64,000 nt of DNA, from positions 79,389 to 143,388 of the forward strand of contig CAYPCN010000001.1 of assembly GCA_964409235.1 (NCBI GenBank), in the 5' to 3' direction. Positions within the stretch are counted from its first letter, which is position 1. Every line of letters begins with the position of its first letter. Under the pieces are notes generated by a model. It was not told the origin of the DNA and did no database searches. It was given only the letters and a program-made list of their open reading frames with translations. The DNA comes from an uncultured bacterium. Lineage in GTDB: Bacteria > Chlamydiota > Chlamydiia > Chlamydiales > FEN-1388. Made by a program: the position numbers and the translations under genes. Below are positions 19,354-28,270 of this stretch, in pieces.

Positions 19354-20325
19354 TTACCCTTGTGCCGGTTGTTGAGCGTGAGCTGCTTTCTCTGCGTCAA
19401 GGGCCGCTAAAATTTCATTGCGGCGCTCTCGGTAGTACGCGCCGATCTCTGGGTACGCAATGTTGAGCCACTTTTCAAGCGGATCAAGCCGTACCTGGAA
19501 TTCATAGCGCATGCGTTCAGCAACATCGAGATTGGGTGCGCGAAAGAGGTGGCCAGTGTCGATGTAAATTGCTCTGTCTTCTGCCAATCCGATGTTGTTA
19601 TTGCGAATCAGCGCATCGTCACCGTCGGCAAAGCCTTTTCTTGCCAAAGAAATCAACAGCTCAAAGACTTGATTCACGCGAGCCTGTGTCTCCTCGACCT
19701 TCCCGTGTTCCATCAACTTGTTGATGGTCGGAATCAGATACTTTGCTTTCTTTTGCACGACAAAGCTCGAGTCATCGCCTCGAATGCGGTGGGACTGCCC
19801 ATATTTATCGACGAGCTTAATACCTTGGACCTTGTCCTTGGTTCTGTTCAAATGAACGTACACGATCCCCGTCTCGTCTTGCAGCTCTTCAAAGCACATC
19901 TTCGAACTCGAAAAGATTTCTTCGCGATGCGCAAGGCGCTCTTGGCGCTTCTCCTTCGTCTCTTGGGAAAAGAGATTTTGAACAAAACCGCGATCCAGAT
20001 TTTCTCTGAGCCTTCCTAACTGGAAGAACTTCACGACATACTTTTCATCCTGGGTCTCAAAGACAACGGCCTGCATCCCTCGGCCAAGCCAGGTCAATGT
20101 CTGCTGGCATACCGTAGAGAAAAATCGCTCCCGATCCGATGAGACTTTCACTTCCCATTCCTTTCGAGGAGGGAAATGGGATTCGATCAACTTGGGGTTG
20201 AAGAGTCGGGCCGGCCGGGCGATTTGCGACATCTTGTCGTCGATGCGAAATAACTGTACGGTGACGTAGATCAACATCAACGTGCATGCGATAGTCATAG
20301 AGACAGGAAATATCTTGTTCTTCAT
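19354..20325 (-). CDS. Membrane-anchored protein with an atypical protein-kinase-like fold
   Basis: ORF 19354-20418; the Met at 20325 gives MKNKIFPVSMTIACTLMLIYVTVQLF (TM). Kinase-like features are LGRGMQAVVFET..YVVKF (G-loop plus Lys), DDALIRNNN (D-x4-N) and IYIDTG (DFG-like). The upstream ORF extension is MITE sequence. Confidence 0.5.
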   Translation of the reverse strand: MKNKIFPVSMTIACTLMLIYVTVQLFRIDDKMSQIARPARLFNPKLIESHFPPRKEWEVKVSSDRERFFSTVCQQTLTWLGRGMQAVVFETQDEKYVVKFFQLGRLRENLDRGFVQNLFSQETKEKRQERLAHREEIFSSSKMCFEELQDETGIVYVHLNRTKDKVQGIKLVDKYGQSHRIRGDDSSFVVQKKAKYLIPTINKLMEHGKVEETQARVNQVFELLISLARKGFADGDDALIRNNNIGLAEDRAIYIDTGHLFRAPNLDVAERMRYEFQVRLDPLEKWLNIAYPEIGAYYRERRNEILAALDAEKAAHAQQPAQG

Positions 20326-20348
20326 AGCAACTTCACGTTCTCCATAGA

Positions 20349-20439
20349 GAGCTATGTACGATATAGGTAGAAGATTTTTGGGGAGAGCTCTATCCCCGAA
20401 AACCCACGTCGTGGACATGTACTACATCGCAACTAACTC
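20349..20439 (+). mobile_element. MITE-like element, short degenerate derivative E (~91 bp)
   Basis: Termini are GAGCTATGTACGATATA and TACATCGCAACTAACTC. The interior retains AGATTTTTGG..GAGCT.T.CC..AAAACC. Confidence 0.55.
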
Positions 20440-20482
20440 ATAAACCTAGACAAAGACACCTATTCTACACATGAGGATGTTT

Positions 20483-21280
20483 TTATTGGGATTTTTCGGC
20501 GCTGACTTTCTGGGGGTCGTTGAGAAAACAGAGGTCGTGGCCGGGGAGGTAGCCCGTTGTCTGCGCCGCTGTTTTCACTCGCACCCACTGGAGCTGTGCG
20601 TCGCCTCCCAACACTTCAACGACCTCTCCGGGCCGCATTGTGGTTAGCGACGGCTCTGTGAACGCTGTTTCTGAGGAGGCGCGCAAAGGCGTTGCCTTAA
20701 TGATGACAGCTTGTGGAGGAATGAAGAGCGCATACCATACAAGCGCCGACAACAGAAGGGCTGTGATCGATGCTGCTATACGCCAGAGCCAGGAGAATCC
20801 AAAACCCGGCAGCCAGAGATTCAGCGAGAACACGACAAGTGTGACGGCAATAGCTCCAATGGCAAAGGCAGTGCGTTCAAGAGGAGAGCACCACCGCAAC
20901 CCAACAGCATCGGCAAAAGGTCTCTCTTGTTGAAGATGGGCGACATCTGCCCTCGAGATCGCCGCCTGAAGGTTTTTCTGGATGAGAGGGTTCCTGGGCA
21001 TCAGCATGGCCGCGCGCCGGTAGTAGCAAATGGCCATTCCAAAATCACCAAGGGAGAAATAGATATTCCCGATATTGGTCAACAGCATCCCTGAGGGGTG
21101 ATCTTTTGCATGCGCAAGGTAGATGGCAAGAGCGTCGTTCAAGAGCCGCTGGCGCTCTTCAGTCGTCTTCGCCTGTTCTGCAGCAGCGTATGCTTCCTGG
21201 CCCATTTCAATGCGAGAGAGGGGGGAGGAGGCTTCACAGCAAGAACAGAGCAGGGCTAGGACCATCATCGCTGTTTTCAT
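20483..21280 (-). CDS. BatE-like TPR plus SH3 membrane protein
   Basis: ORF 20483-21433. The Met at 21280 (MKTAMMVLALLCSCC) lies 1 nt after the upstream gene's stop. TPR motifs, two TM segments and a C-terminal SH3b-like segment (MRPGEVVEVLGGDAQLQWVRVK) are present. Confidence 0.6.
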   Translation of the reverse strand: MKTAMMVLALLCSCCEASSPLSRIEMGQEAYAAAEQAKTTEERQRLLNDALAIYLAHAKDHPSGMLLTNIGNIYFSLGDFGMAICYYRRAAMLMPRNPLIQKNLQAAISRADVAHLQQERPFADAVGLRWCSPLERTAFAIGAIAVTLVVFSLNLWLPGFGFSWLWRIAASITALLLSALVWYALFIPPQAVIIKATPLRASSETAFTEPSLTTMRPGEVVEVLGGDAQLQWVRVKTAAQTTGYLPGHDLCFLNDPQKVSAEKSQ

Positions 21281-21281
21281 T

Positions 21282-22952
21282 TCACTCCTTTTCTGTCCGC
21301 AGCTGTTTGACGCGATAGTACAACGACGAGGCTTCATCGTAAATATCTTGGAGATTCGTTCTCTGCTCCCCTCCTTGGTACAACTGGCGGTCAATGAGCT
21401 GTAGCAAGGCTTTGACTTCGGCGACAAGACCATCTCCCGTAATAGCTTCGGGAGAGTCGACGAGCGTTGGCGTCAACCGCATCTCAAAAAGCTGTGCATA
21501 GAATGCTTGGCGCAATAATTGCAATCCCTTCTCTCTCTTCGATCTGTTCATCACTGCCCGATAAAACAGATCGCGGCTCGTCATCCTCTGCTCTCCTTGA
21601 TATCGCAGCTGCCGCTTCATCGCGATCTGCACAAGGCCGATGATCACGGCACCTGCTGCTACTGCGATGATCCAAAAGGGCGATAGCTGCCGCTCAGAGA
21701 TGGTGGTTTCATCGATTTCAAAGGGTGGTGACAAGACAGCGTCTGTGACAAGCTCGTGGTGCTCCAAAGAACCTTCCTGAGATCCTTCGACCATCAGCTT
21801 GACAGGAGCCACTGTCGCTGTCAAATACTGCTCTGAGTAGGGGTCAAAAGAGGCTGTAAAAAATCCCGGAATTTCCAAGGGGCCACTTCGCTTTGGCCGC
21901 GCAACGAGGACAAAGGTCTTGGTTCCCCCCTCTTCTTTCCCAATCGGGGGAGAGGCATCGGTCCAAAAGTTGTCTGTCAACCCAGGGAGGCGGTCTAAAG
22001 CGGGGAATTGCACAGTGGCAAGCTCGCCGCGTCCAGAGACGCGGTATTCAATGCGCACGGAGTCTCCAGCCTTTACATCACTGCCACCTGTAGCCGAGGT
22101 TCGCCATACAAACGATCCCAGCGCTCCGTCAAAGAAGGGAGGGCGGTTCGCTTCAGGGAATGGTAGGATGGTAATAGGAGGGGCGAGCACCTCAGCGCGA
22201 TATAAGGGTGGCTGCAGCTGTGTCCCCTCTTCTGTCATCTGTGCTGCCATCCCTTCTATGGTTGACAGACCAATCTCATGCGTCCCCGGCGTTACCGCTC
22301 TTGCTCGCTGCCGAATGATTTGCACATAGCCCGCTCCAGACCTCTCTGTTGCCACCTCGGGAGAGACTGTTGTCAAAAAACCAGGGACATTCAACATGGG
22401 GAGTTCTTCGCGAAGCAGCTCCATCATCCCACGGAAAAAAATGCGATATTCAAAGACCACCTCCTGTCCAGGGAAGATTTTAGGAGGGGCGAGCACCCTG
22501 GCTTCCAAGCGAAAATGCTCTGAGACGGCAGCAGGTTGTACGTGCAGAGAGATGATATTGGAAGAGTATCGAACACCGCTAACTTCTACTGTCACAGGGC
22601 CAATGCTGTAGACTCCACTCTCGCGCTTTGGCAAGACAGTCCGATAGCGAGTGACGACGAGCTTTGCCTCGTCTTCACTCTCGAAAATTGCTTCAGGAGC
22701 GACCCGTCGTTGTTGCTCCGCCTCCACCTTGATAGCATTTCCATCGAGCTGAAACGAAGAGGCATTGACGTCTTCGCTCGCCATATGGTCGATTGTAATA
22801 TAGAGAGTGATCTCGCGTCCTTCGACAGCGATGCCGTCTGGAATGGAAATAGAGATTTTCGGGGGGAGGTTCACAGCATAGGCGGCCAGCAACGACCATG
22901 TGGTCGCACTGAGGGCCAGAAGCCACCGGCTCCATAGAGGTATTCTGATCAC
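21282..22952 (-). CDS. batD: BatD-like (oxygen tolerance family) protein
   Basis: 556 aa. It has a signal sequence, a long beta-rich ectodomain, a single late TM (FWIIAVAAGAVIIGLVQIAM) and a C-terminal helical tail, and sits between BatB/C-like and BatE-like genes. Confidence 0.55.
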   Translation of the reverse strand: MIRIPLWSRWLLALSATTWSLLAAYAVNLPPKISISIPDGIAVEGREITLYITIDHMASEDVNASSFQLDGNAIKVEAEQQRRVAPEAIFESEDEAKLVVTRYRTVLPKRESGVYSIGPVTVEVSGVRYSSNIISLHVQPAAVSEHFRLEARVLAPPKIFPGQEVVFEYRIFFRGMMELLREELPMLNVPGFLTTVSPEVATERSGAGYVQIIRQRARAVTPGTHEIGLSTIEGMAAQMTEEGTQLQPPLYRAEVLAPPITILPFPEANRPPFFDGALGSFVWRTSATGGSDVKAGDSVRIEYRVSGRGELATVQFPALDRLPGLTDNFWTDASPPIGKEEGGTKTFVLVARPKRSGPLEIPGFFTASFDPYSEQYLTATVAPVKLMVEGSQEGSLEHHELVTDAVLSPPFEIDETTISERQLSPFWIIAVAAGAVIIGLVQIAMKRQLRYQGEQRMTSRDLFYRAVMNRSKREKGLQLLRQAFYAQLFEMRLTPTLVDSPEAITGDGLVAEVKALLQLIDRQLYQGGEQRTNLQDIYDEASSLYYRVKQLRTEKE

Positions 22953-22958
22953 GAGATG

Positions 22959-25577
22959 CTATCCTCCATACAACTCACGGTCCGCTCTATCCATCTTTTG
23001 GAATAGACGAATAGCATCTTCTCCCCGAATTGAAAAGCGTTTTCCAACACCTGCCGTTCGCGGCACCTGTTCTTCGGGCAATGGGCGCTGCTCATCGCTT
23101 TCGCTCAAGAGCGCTCGTAGCCGTCGAAGCGTAGCTATAGAGATGTCGATCTGCTGTTGGACTTTCGGCAATCGGAACGTCGCGGGCTCGGCGATCCGCT
23201 GCTGAATGTCGACGCATACGTCATTCCATTCCTTGAGCAGCTGATCATAGCGCGCGCGCTTCGCAGGATGACTGTGGAAGATGTCGGCATTCCTGAGCTC
23301 GTCTGCCACAAGCGGTTGCAGAGAGAAGAGGAGAATCATCGATCGTAACACATGATCTTGAGGCGTGGAAAGCCTCGAGGAGAGCTCTGCAAACAGCTTG
23401 AGTAGATTGTCAACCTTTTTCTTGACCTCTTGAGGAGTAGCAACAGGAGCTTGTGCCACTTGCCAGAGCCGTCCTGTGATCACGGGATCTAATGCTTCTA
23501 TCTCGTCGCCCACGCCACGAGCCATGGCCGCTGGCAGCGGAGCCTTAGCCTCATGCAAGGGAGGGACGATGAGCGCATACAGGCGCGGTGCCCATCGGTC
23601 TGGATCGTCATTTGTATGGGCAAGAACAGCGTCGAGAGCATCATCAGGATCTTGAAGATACCACGAGGTGAGGAGGAGAGGCAGGAGCTCTGTCAGCGAA
23701 ACTTCGGCTTTCGTTGGATGGCTGGGCAACGACGAGACAGAACCAACCAGCGCAGCTAGCGCCGTTTGTACCGCTGGGCTTGAAGGGCGGTCGACTTCTT
23801 GACAGAGCAGCAACGTCACGGCTTTGAGATGAGCTGACGGCTCTTGCTGCAAGGCAGGCCAGAGCATTGCGCGAGCATACCAGAAGGCTGCTCTTTGCTC
23901 GAGATCTCCTGACGAGTGTTCAAGAAGCCATGGCTGGCTCTGAGGCACAGCACGAGCCAATATCGCTTCAATGACAGCTATGTCATCCGTATCAGCCGCG
24001 GCAGTATCAGGGAAAAAGAGCACTCGATGAGCGGCCTCTGACGCTCGAGAGACCAGACTGGCTATAGCCTCATTTTTCGTTGGTGCACAGGCGAAGTCAT
24101 ACCAAATGCGAATCGCAGAGATGGCAAGAGGAGTCTTCTCCATGTCTCGCGAAAACAGGGCGCGCACCTCTTCAGGCCAGGAGTTGAGGAGAGCTTCTAC
24201 CATAGTGTTCTGTTGCTGTGCGATGAGAGATGCTGCCACCGTCAGCGAGGACGGCTGAGGTACCTCGCGAGCATGCTCTTCAAGCCAGCGCAAGGTATGC
24301 CTCACGGCTTCAAATGGTTCCTGCTGTAGAGCAGGTCCTGCACTCGCCAACGCTGCAGCGGCAAGGATCTCTTTCGAGACGTTTGGATTGGTGCGTAGCC
24401 ATTCATGCAGCAGGGATTGCCAATGGCGCTGCTCGTCATGAGGGCTTGCTGATACCAATCGTACCAATGTTAATCCACGGAGAGCAGCGGGCTCTGGCTC
24501 CTCTTTCTCCGATAGCATGTCAAGCCACTGGAGGGCTTCGGTCTCTTTGCCCTGAAGATAGGAGAGCAGTGCTTTGTCGTACAGAAGTCGCTGGCGTGCC
24601 TTTGGGTCAACGACGGATGTCAATAGCATGTCAATCGCCCGATGGCTGGCTTCATACTCCTGCGCTTGCGCGAGGTCAATCGCGCTTCTTGCCATCGCGT
24701 TGGCCTCGATATCCGTTATCCCTAATAGGTGGGGGCATGCAGCGAGAAATAGCCCCAGAGCATAGAGAGGGACGACAGCTCGTCGCCATAGGAGAAAGCA
24801 AAGCCAAGCGAGGCCAGTACATGCCACAAGGATCAACGATTCTACTGAATCTGGGGCCACTGGCATGGCAGAGTGCGTAAGCCTCTCTCGCATCATGAGC
24901 GCTGCCTTGTCGAGCCCAAGGTCTGCCCATACTCCTCTCGAATCATACACGGAGCAGACGGCTCCTTCGCTGTGCACTGCCATGTGTACAGCACCATCAA
25001 GAGGCGTGCGACCGGGCTTGAGGGCTGTTGCGCTGACAACGACAACCCAAGGAGGAGGACCAGAAAACCGACCAGTTACGTCGTCATAGATCGCGTCAAG
25101 GGTCAGCTCGCGTACCGTTGATGGAGAGGAGAGAATGCCGTCGAGTTGAAGCTCGAAAAACAGACGATCGACTGTTGGGGGGACGACGAGATGTACAGTG
25201 CCTCCTCGCAATTCATAGAGAGAAAGCGGTGTTCCTGGCAAGGCCCGAACCACTTCGGCGGCCGCAGCTTTTTGGATGGACAGCTGGTGAGCGGGATCGC
25301 GGTCTGCAGGCAGAGATCGGGTGTCGATGACCACGGCCACCCCTTGTACGATGCTGAAGGAGAATCGATTCACGCTCGCAATGCCAAGGGCGACGAAAAG
25401 AGCAAGTATTGAAGTGACAAAAAGCATCTTGTAGAGCCGCTGTTGTTCTCGGTCCTCGGGGGCAAGCGGCTGTTCCATGATCGCTCGTATTCGGCGCTCG
25501 CGGCGCGCAAGGAGCCATTCGCCGAGAATAGCGAGGAGGCCAATGGTGCTTGCGATAGTTGCCATATAGAGACTCAT
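22959..25577 (-). CDS. Large BatB/BatC-like fusion: TM, degenerate vWA-like region, TM, long TPR/helical region
   Basis: 872 aa. VAVVIDTRSL sits where vWA has DxSxS. It is followed by a TM block and the TPR-like LLYDKALLSYLQGKETEALQWL. Its start overlaps the batA stop. Confidence 0.5.
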   Translation of the reverse strand: MSLYMATIASTIGLLAILGEWLLARRERRIRAIMEQPLAPEDREQQRLYKMLFVTSILALFVALGIASVNRFSFSIVQGVAVVIDTRSLPADRDPAHQLSIQKAAAAEVVRALPGTPLSLYELRGGTVHLVVPPTVDRLFFELQLDGILSSPSTVRELTLDAIYDDVTGRFSGPPPWVVVVSATALKPGRTPLDGAVHMAVHSEGAVCSVYDSRGVWADLGLDKAALMMRERLTHSAMPVAPDSVESLILVACTGLAWLCFLLWRRAVVPLYALGLFLAACPHLLGITDIEANAMARSAIDLAQAQEYEASHRAIDMLLTSVVDPKARQRLLYDKALLSYLQGKETEALQWLDMLSEKEEPEPAALRGLTLVRLVSASPHDEQRHWQSLLHEWLRTNPNVSKEILAAAALASAGPALQQEPFEAVRHTLRWLEEHAREVPQPSSLTVAASLIAQQQNTMVEALLNSWPEEVRALFSRDMEKTPLAISAIRIWYDFACAPTKNEAIASLVSRASEAAHRVLFFPDTAAADTDDIAVIEAILARAVPQSQPWLLEHSSGDLEQRAAFWYARAMLWPALQQEPSAHLKAVTLLLCQEVDRPSSPAVQTALAALVGSVSSLPSHPTKAEVSLTELLPLLLTSWYLQDPDDALDAVLAHTNDDPDRWAPRLYALIVPPLHEAKAPLPAAMARGVGDEIEALDPVITGRLWQVAQAPVATPQEVKKKVDNLLKLFAELSSRLSTPQDHVLRSMILLFSLQPLVADELRNADIFHSHPAKRARYDQLLKEWNDVCVDIQQRIAEPATFRLPKVQQQIDISIATLRRLRALLSESDEQRPLPEEQVPRTAGVGKRFSIRGEDAIRLFQKMDRADRELYGG

Positions 25578-26623
25578 CGTGCCACCCTCATCCCAACACT
25601 CTCAACAAGGCGGGATCCTGCTGCTGCCATGAGCGCCAGGGCGATCAACCAAAATCCCATTTGGGCTCTATTTTCGATGGGTGGAGGGGTAGGACGCGCT
25701 TCCACTGACTGCGCAATCTGTTTCATAACTTGGCTGAGGGGCTGACCAATGGAAATTTCAAAGTACCTGCCTCCCGTTGCTTCGATAGCATCGATGAGGC
25801 GATCCCGCTCTTCGGGAGAGAGCTGCTGGTAGCTATGCTTGTCAACATTGACGTAGTGGACCTGTACATTGTGCTCTCGGGCGTAGTCCAGAGCCTGGTA
25901 CGTTCTCATCGATCGGAATGGGTCCGCCCTGTCGGCAGGATGAGGCTCTTCGATTCCATCAGTGATGAGGAGAATAGTACTACCGATAGGAACGGTACCT
26001 TTTTGTGCGCTGGGATTGACGCCGGCAAACGCACGGCACGCTGTAATGAGGGCGACGGATTTCATGATGGCATAGCCTATCGCCGTGCCATTGAGTCGCT
26101 CTTCGGTTTCCGGAACGATCTTCTGCACCTGCTCGTGAAAGAACTCCCGATCTCTTGAGAGGGGGACATCGATGTTCGCGGCACGGGCGAAGGTGATGAG
26201 TCCGAGGAAGTCGTTCTCTCCCCCTTCTTGATCCATCAGTGCACGGCATTGTTCTATGCTTGCCGTTACCATTTGCACCTTGGATTGTCTCGGATTAGTC
26301 GGCATGGGCTCTGCCATAGAGCCGGAGCGATCCACGACAAAGAAGAATGCTCGGGAATCTGCAGGATGGGGCTGGGCATACGTTGGGGAGAGAAAATACG
26401 ATTCCAAAGGACCGCTGCCGACAAGGCAGTGGACAAAAGTCCACGAGAGGAAGCCGAGGGCTGCGATATGGAGGACAAGCGACAGAATGCGAATGGCAGA
26501 CGGTAGCGGCGAGACCGGCAGCCACCGCGGTACAGGTAGCTGAAGAGAGGGCAACGGCTGTTTTCGGTTCAGCACAATGACACATGCCGCTGTCACTGCT
26601 GCGACGACCATCCACCACATCAC
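25574..26623 (-). CDS. batA: BatA-like von Willebrand factor A membrane protein
   Basis: 349 aa. N-terminal TMs, FFFVVDRSGSM MIDAS motif, ILLITDG, and a C-terminal TM. Confidence 0.75.
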   Translation of the reverse strand: MMWWMVVAAVTAACVIVLNRKQPLPSLQLPVPRWLPVSPLPSAIRILSLVLHIAALGFLSWTFVHCLVGSGPLESYFLSPTYAQPHPADSRAFFFVVDRSGSMAEPMPTNPRQSKVQMVTASIEQCRALMDQEGGENDFLGLITFARAANIDVPLSRDREFFHEQVQKIVPETEERLNGTAIGYAIMKSVALITACRAFAGVNPSAQKGTVPIGSTILLITDGIEEPHPADRADPFRSMRTYQALDYAREHNVQVHYVNVDKHSYQQLSPEERDRLIDAIEATGGRYFEISIGQPLSQVMKQIAQSVEARPTPPPIENRAQMGFWLIALALMAAAGSRLVESVGMRVAR

Positions 26624-26794
26624 GATAGCGCTCCATTCTCACGAAGTCCTCTCTTATCTTTTCTTGTCCTTTATTGCAAACGCAAAAAAAAGAACACAGT
26701 TGTAGAAAAAAACGCAACGAAAGACAATTTACATGCGCGCGATCGTTTTAATTTATTGCGGACTAATAATTTGAATATTTGTAACAAAGACAAA

Positions 26795-27523
26795 ATGGCG
26801 GATTCCCACACAATTCTTCCATCATGCACTTTTGAGAATGAACGACAAGAGAAGGGTCATCTCATCTGCATGGTCGGGCTGCCTTGCTCTGGCAAGTCGT
26901 CGGTTACTCGCGAGCTGAGTGCAGTGGCAGAGGTACGTACGTTGTGCGAACCTGAGGAAGAGGCCTGGGCAGAATGCGTGACGATGCGGGAGTATTCCGG
27001 CCGGTTTAGTGCTCATATGTGGTTCCGCTCCATCCGCACCTGCCAATTGTATCAGGCTAGTGCCTTAGCTCGAAAAGGGCATACCGTTATCGTCGACTCA
27101 TACCTTGACAAGCTGTTATATTTCTGCCTGGGCCGACAGGGTATGAACTGGCTCCTTCCTGCCAATGACCCATATTTTGAGGTGGTGCGCCAGACGGCCC
27201 GCATTGACTTAGAGTCACTACCGCTCGCGGACTCCATCATTTTTTTTGACTCGGACCTGCAAACGTGGCATAAACTGTTGCGGACTCGATCTCGGAAGGT
27301 GGAAAACGGCCTGTTCACTGATGACGTTTTCCATATGCAAGAGTACCTAAGATCCGGCGTAGAGTTCTTGCGCAGCAACTATGGAGTGCGAGTGATGACG
27401 CTCAAAACCCAGTTCAGCCATCCAAGAGAAGCTGCCAAAAGAATTCTCCATGCTCTTCGGAAAGGAGCTCTTAGAGACTCTTCTCCACGTTCTTCTGAAA
27501 GTTCCGTGCTTATATATCCGTGA
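26795..27523 (+). CDS. Deoxynucleoside-kinase-like P-loop kinase, paralogue 1
   Basis: ORF 26756-27523; ATG at 26795. GLPCSGKSS P-loop, CEPEEEAW, VIVDSY..DKL (DRS/DRY-like), and an LLRTRSRKVE lid-like Arg cluster. Confidence 0.65.
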   Translation: MADSHTILPSCTFENERQEKGHLICMVGLPCSGKSSVTRELSAVAEVRTLCEPEEEAWAECVTMREYSGRFSAHMWFRSIRTCQLYQASALARKGHTVIVDSYLDKLLYFCLGRQGMNWLLPANDPYFEVVRQTARIDLESLPLADSIIFFDSDLQTWHKLLRTRSRKVENGLFTDDVFHMQEYLRSGVEFLRSNYGVRVMTLKTQFSHPREAAKRILHALRKGALRDSSPRSSESSVLIYP

Positions 27524-27531
27524 GGTGATGC

Positions 27532-28245
27532 ATGAAAATGCTGCTGTGGTCCTGTGTGATCTGTTGTGTGACTTCATGTCTGTTTGGCGGCCAGTCTTCT
27601 ACGGGCCTCTTTATTACAGCTGTTGGCTTGCCGGGGTCCGGCAAGTCGTCGGTGATGCGAGAGCTGGCTGGGCTGCTCGACGCTTCTTGTTTTTGCGAGC
27701 CCGAGGAGCGAGAATGGAAGGACGCTGCCGTGCTTCGACATCTGTCGGGCTATTATACGATGATCAGCTGGTTCCGGTCTGTGCGCGTTCCTCAACTGTA
27801 CCGCGCCAGCGAGCTGCGTGCCTCAGGAGAGATTGCTATCACAGATTCGTACTACGATAAGCTGTTGGCGCACTATATCGGGAAGCCGGGCATGGAATGG
27901 CTGATCAGCCCGTCGGATCCATATTTTGATGTAGCGGTTGCAATGGCCAAGAAAGACTGGGAGCAGTTGCCAACAGCCGATGTCATTATCTTCTTTGAGA
28001 TCTCCCACGACTTATGGAGAGATTTCCTCACGAAGCGCAATCGTTTCCTCGACTGCGACCAAAAGTTTCTTGAGAGTTATTCCACGCAAGAGCTCTTTCT
28101 CAGCGCATGCAAGAAGCTTGCTGAGGAACAGCGCATTACGCTCATCACCATACAGCAGGAGTGGTCCTCACCCAGGTCTGTCGCAGAAAAGGTCAGAAAT
28201 ATTCTATATGCCAAAGGCCTCCTTCGACCACCCGCTACGCGGTAA
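27532..28245 (+). CDS. Deoxynucleoside-kinase-like P-loop kinase, paralogue 2, with a hydrophobic N-terminal extension
   Basis: TGAGGTGA RBS. MKMLLWSCVICCVTSCLFGG is followed by GLPGSGKSS, CEPEEREW, ITDSYYDKL and FLTKRNRFLD. It is collinear with paralogue 1 over its whole length. Confidence 0.65.
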   Translation: MKMLLWSCVICCVTSCLFGGQSSTGLFITAVGLPGSGKSSVMRELAGLLDASCFCEPEEREWKDAAVLRHLSGYYTMISWFRSVRVPQLYRASELRASGEIAITDSYYDKLLAHYIGKPGMEWLISPSDPYFDVAVAMAKKDWEQLPTADVIIFFEISHDLWRDFLTKRNRFLDCDQKFLESYSTQELFLSACKKLAEEQRITLITIQQEWSSPRSVAEKVRNILYAKGLLRPPATR

Positions 28246-28270
28246 CAGCCATTGAAACCAGGGGTTGAGG

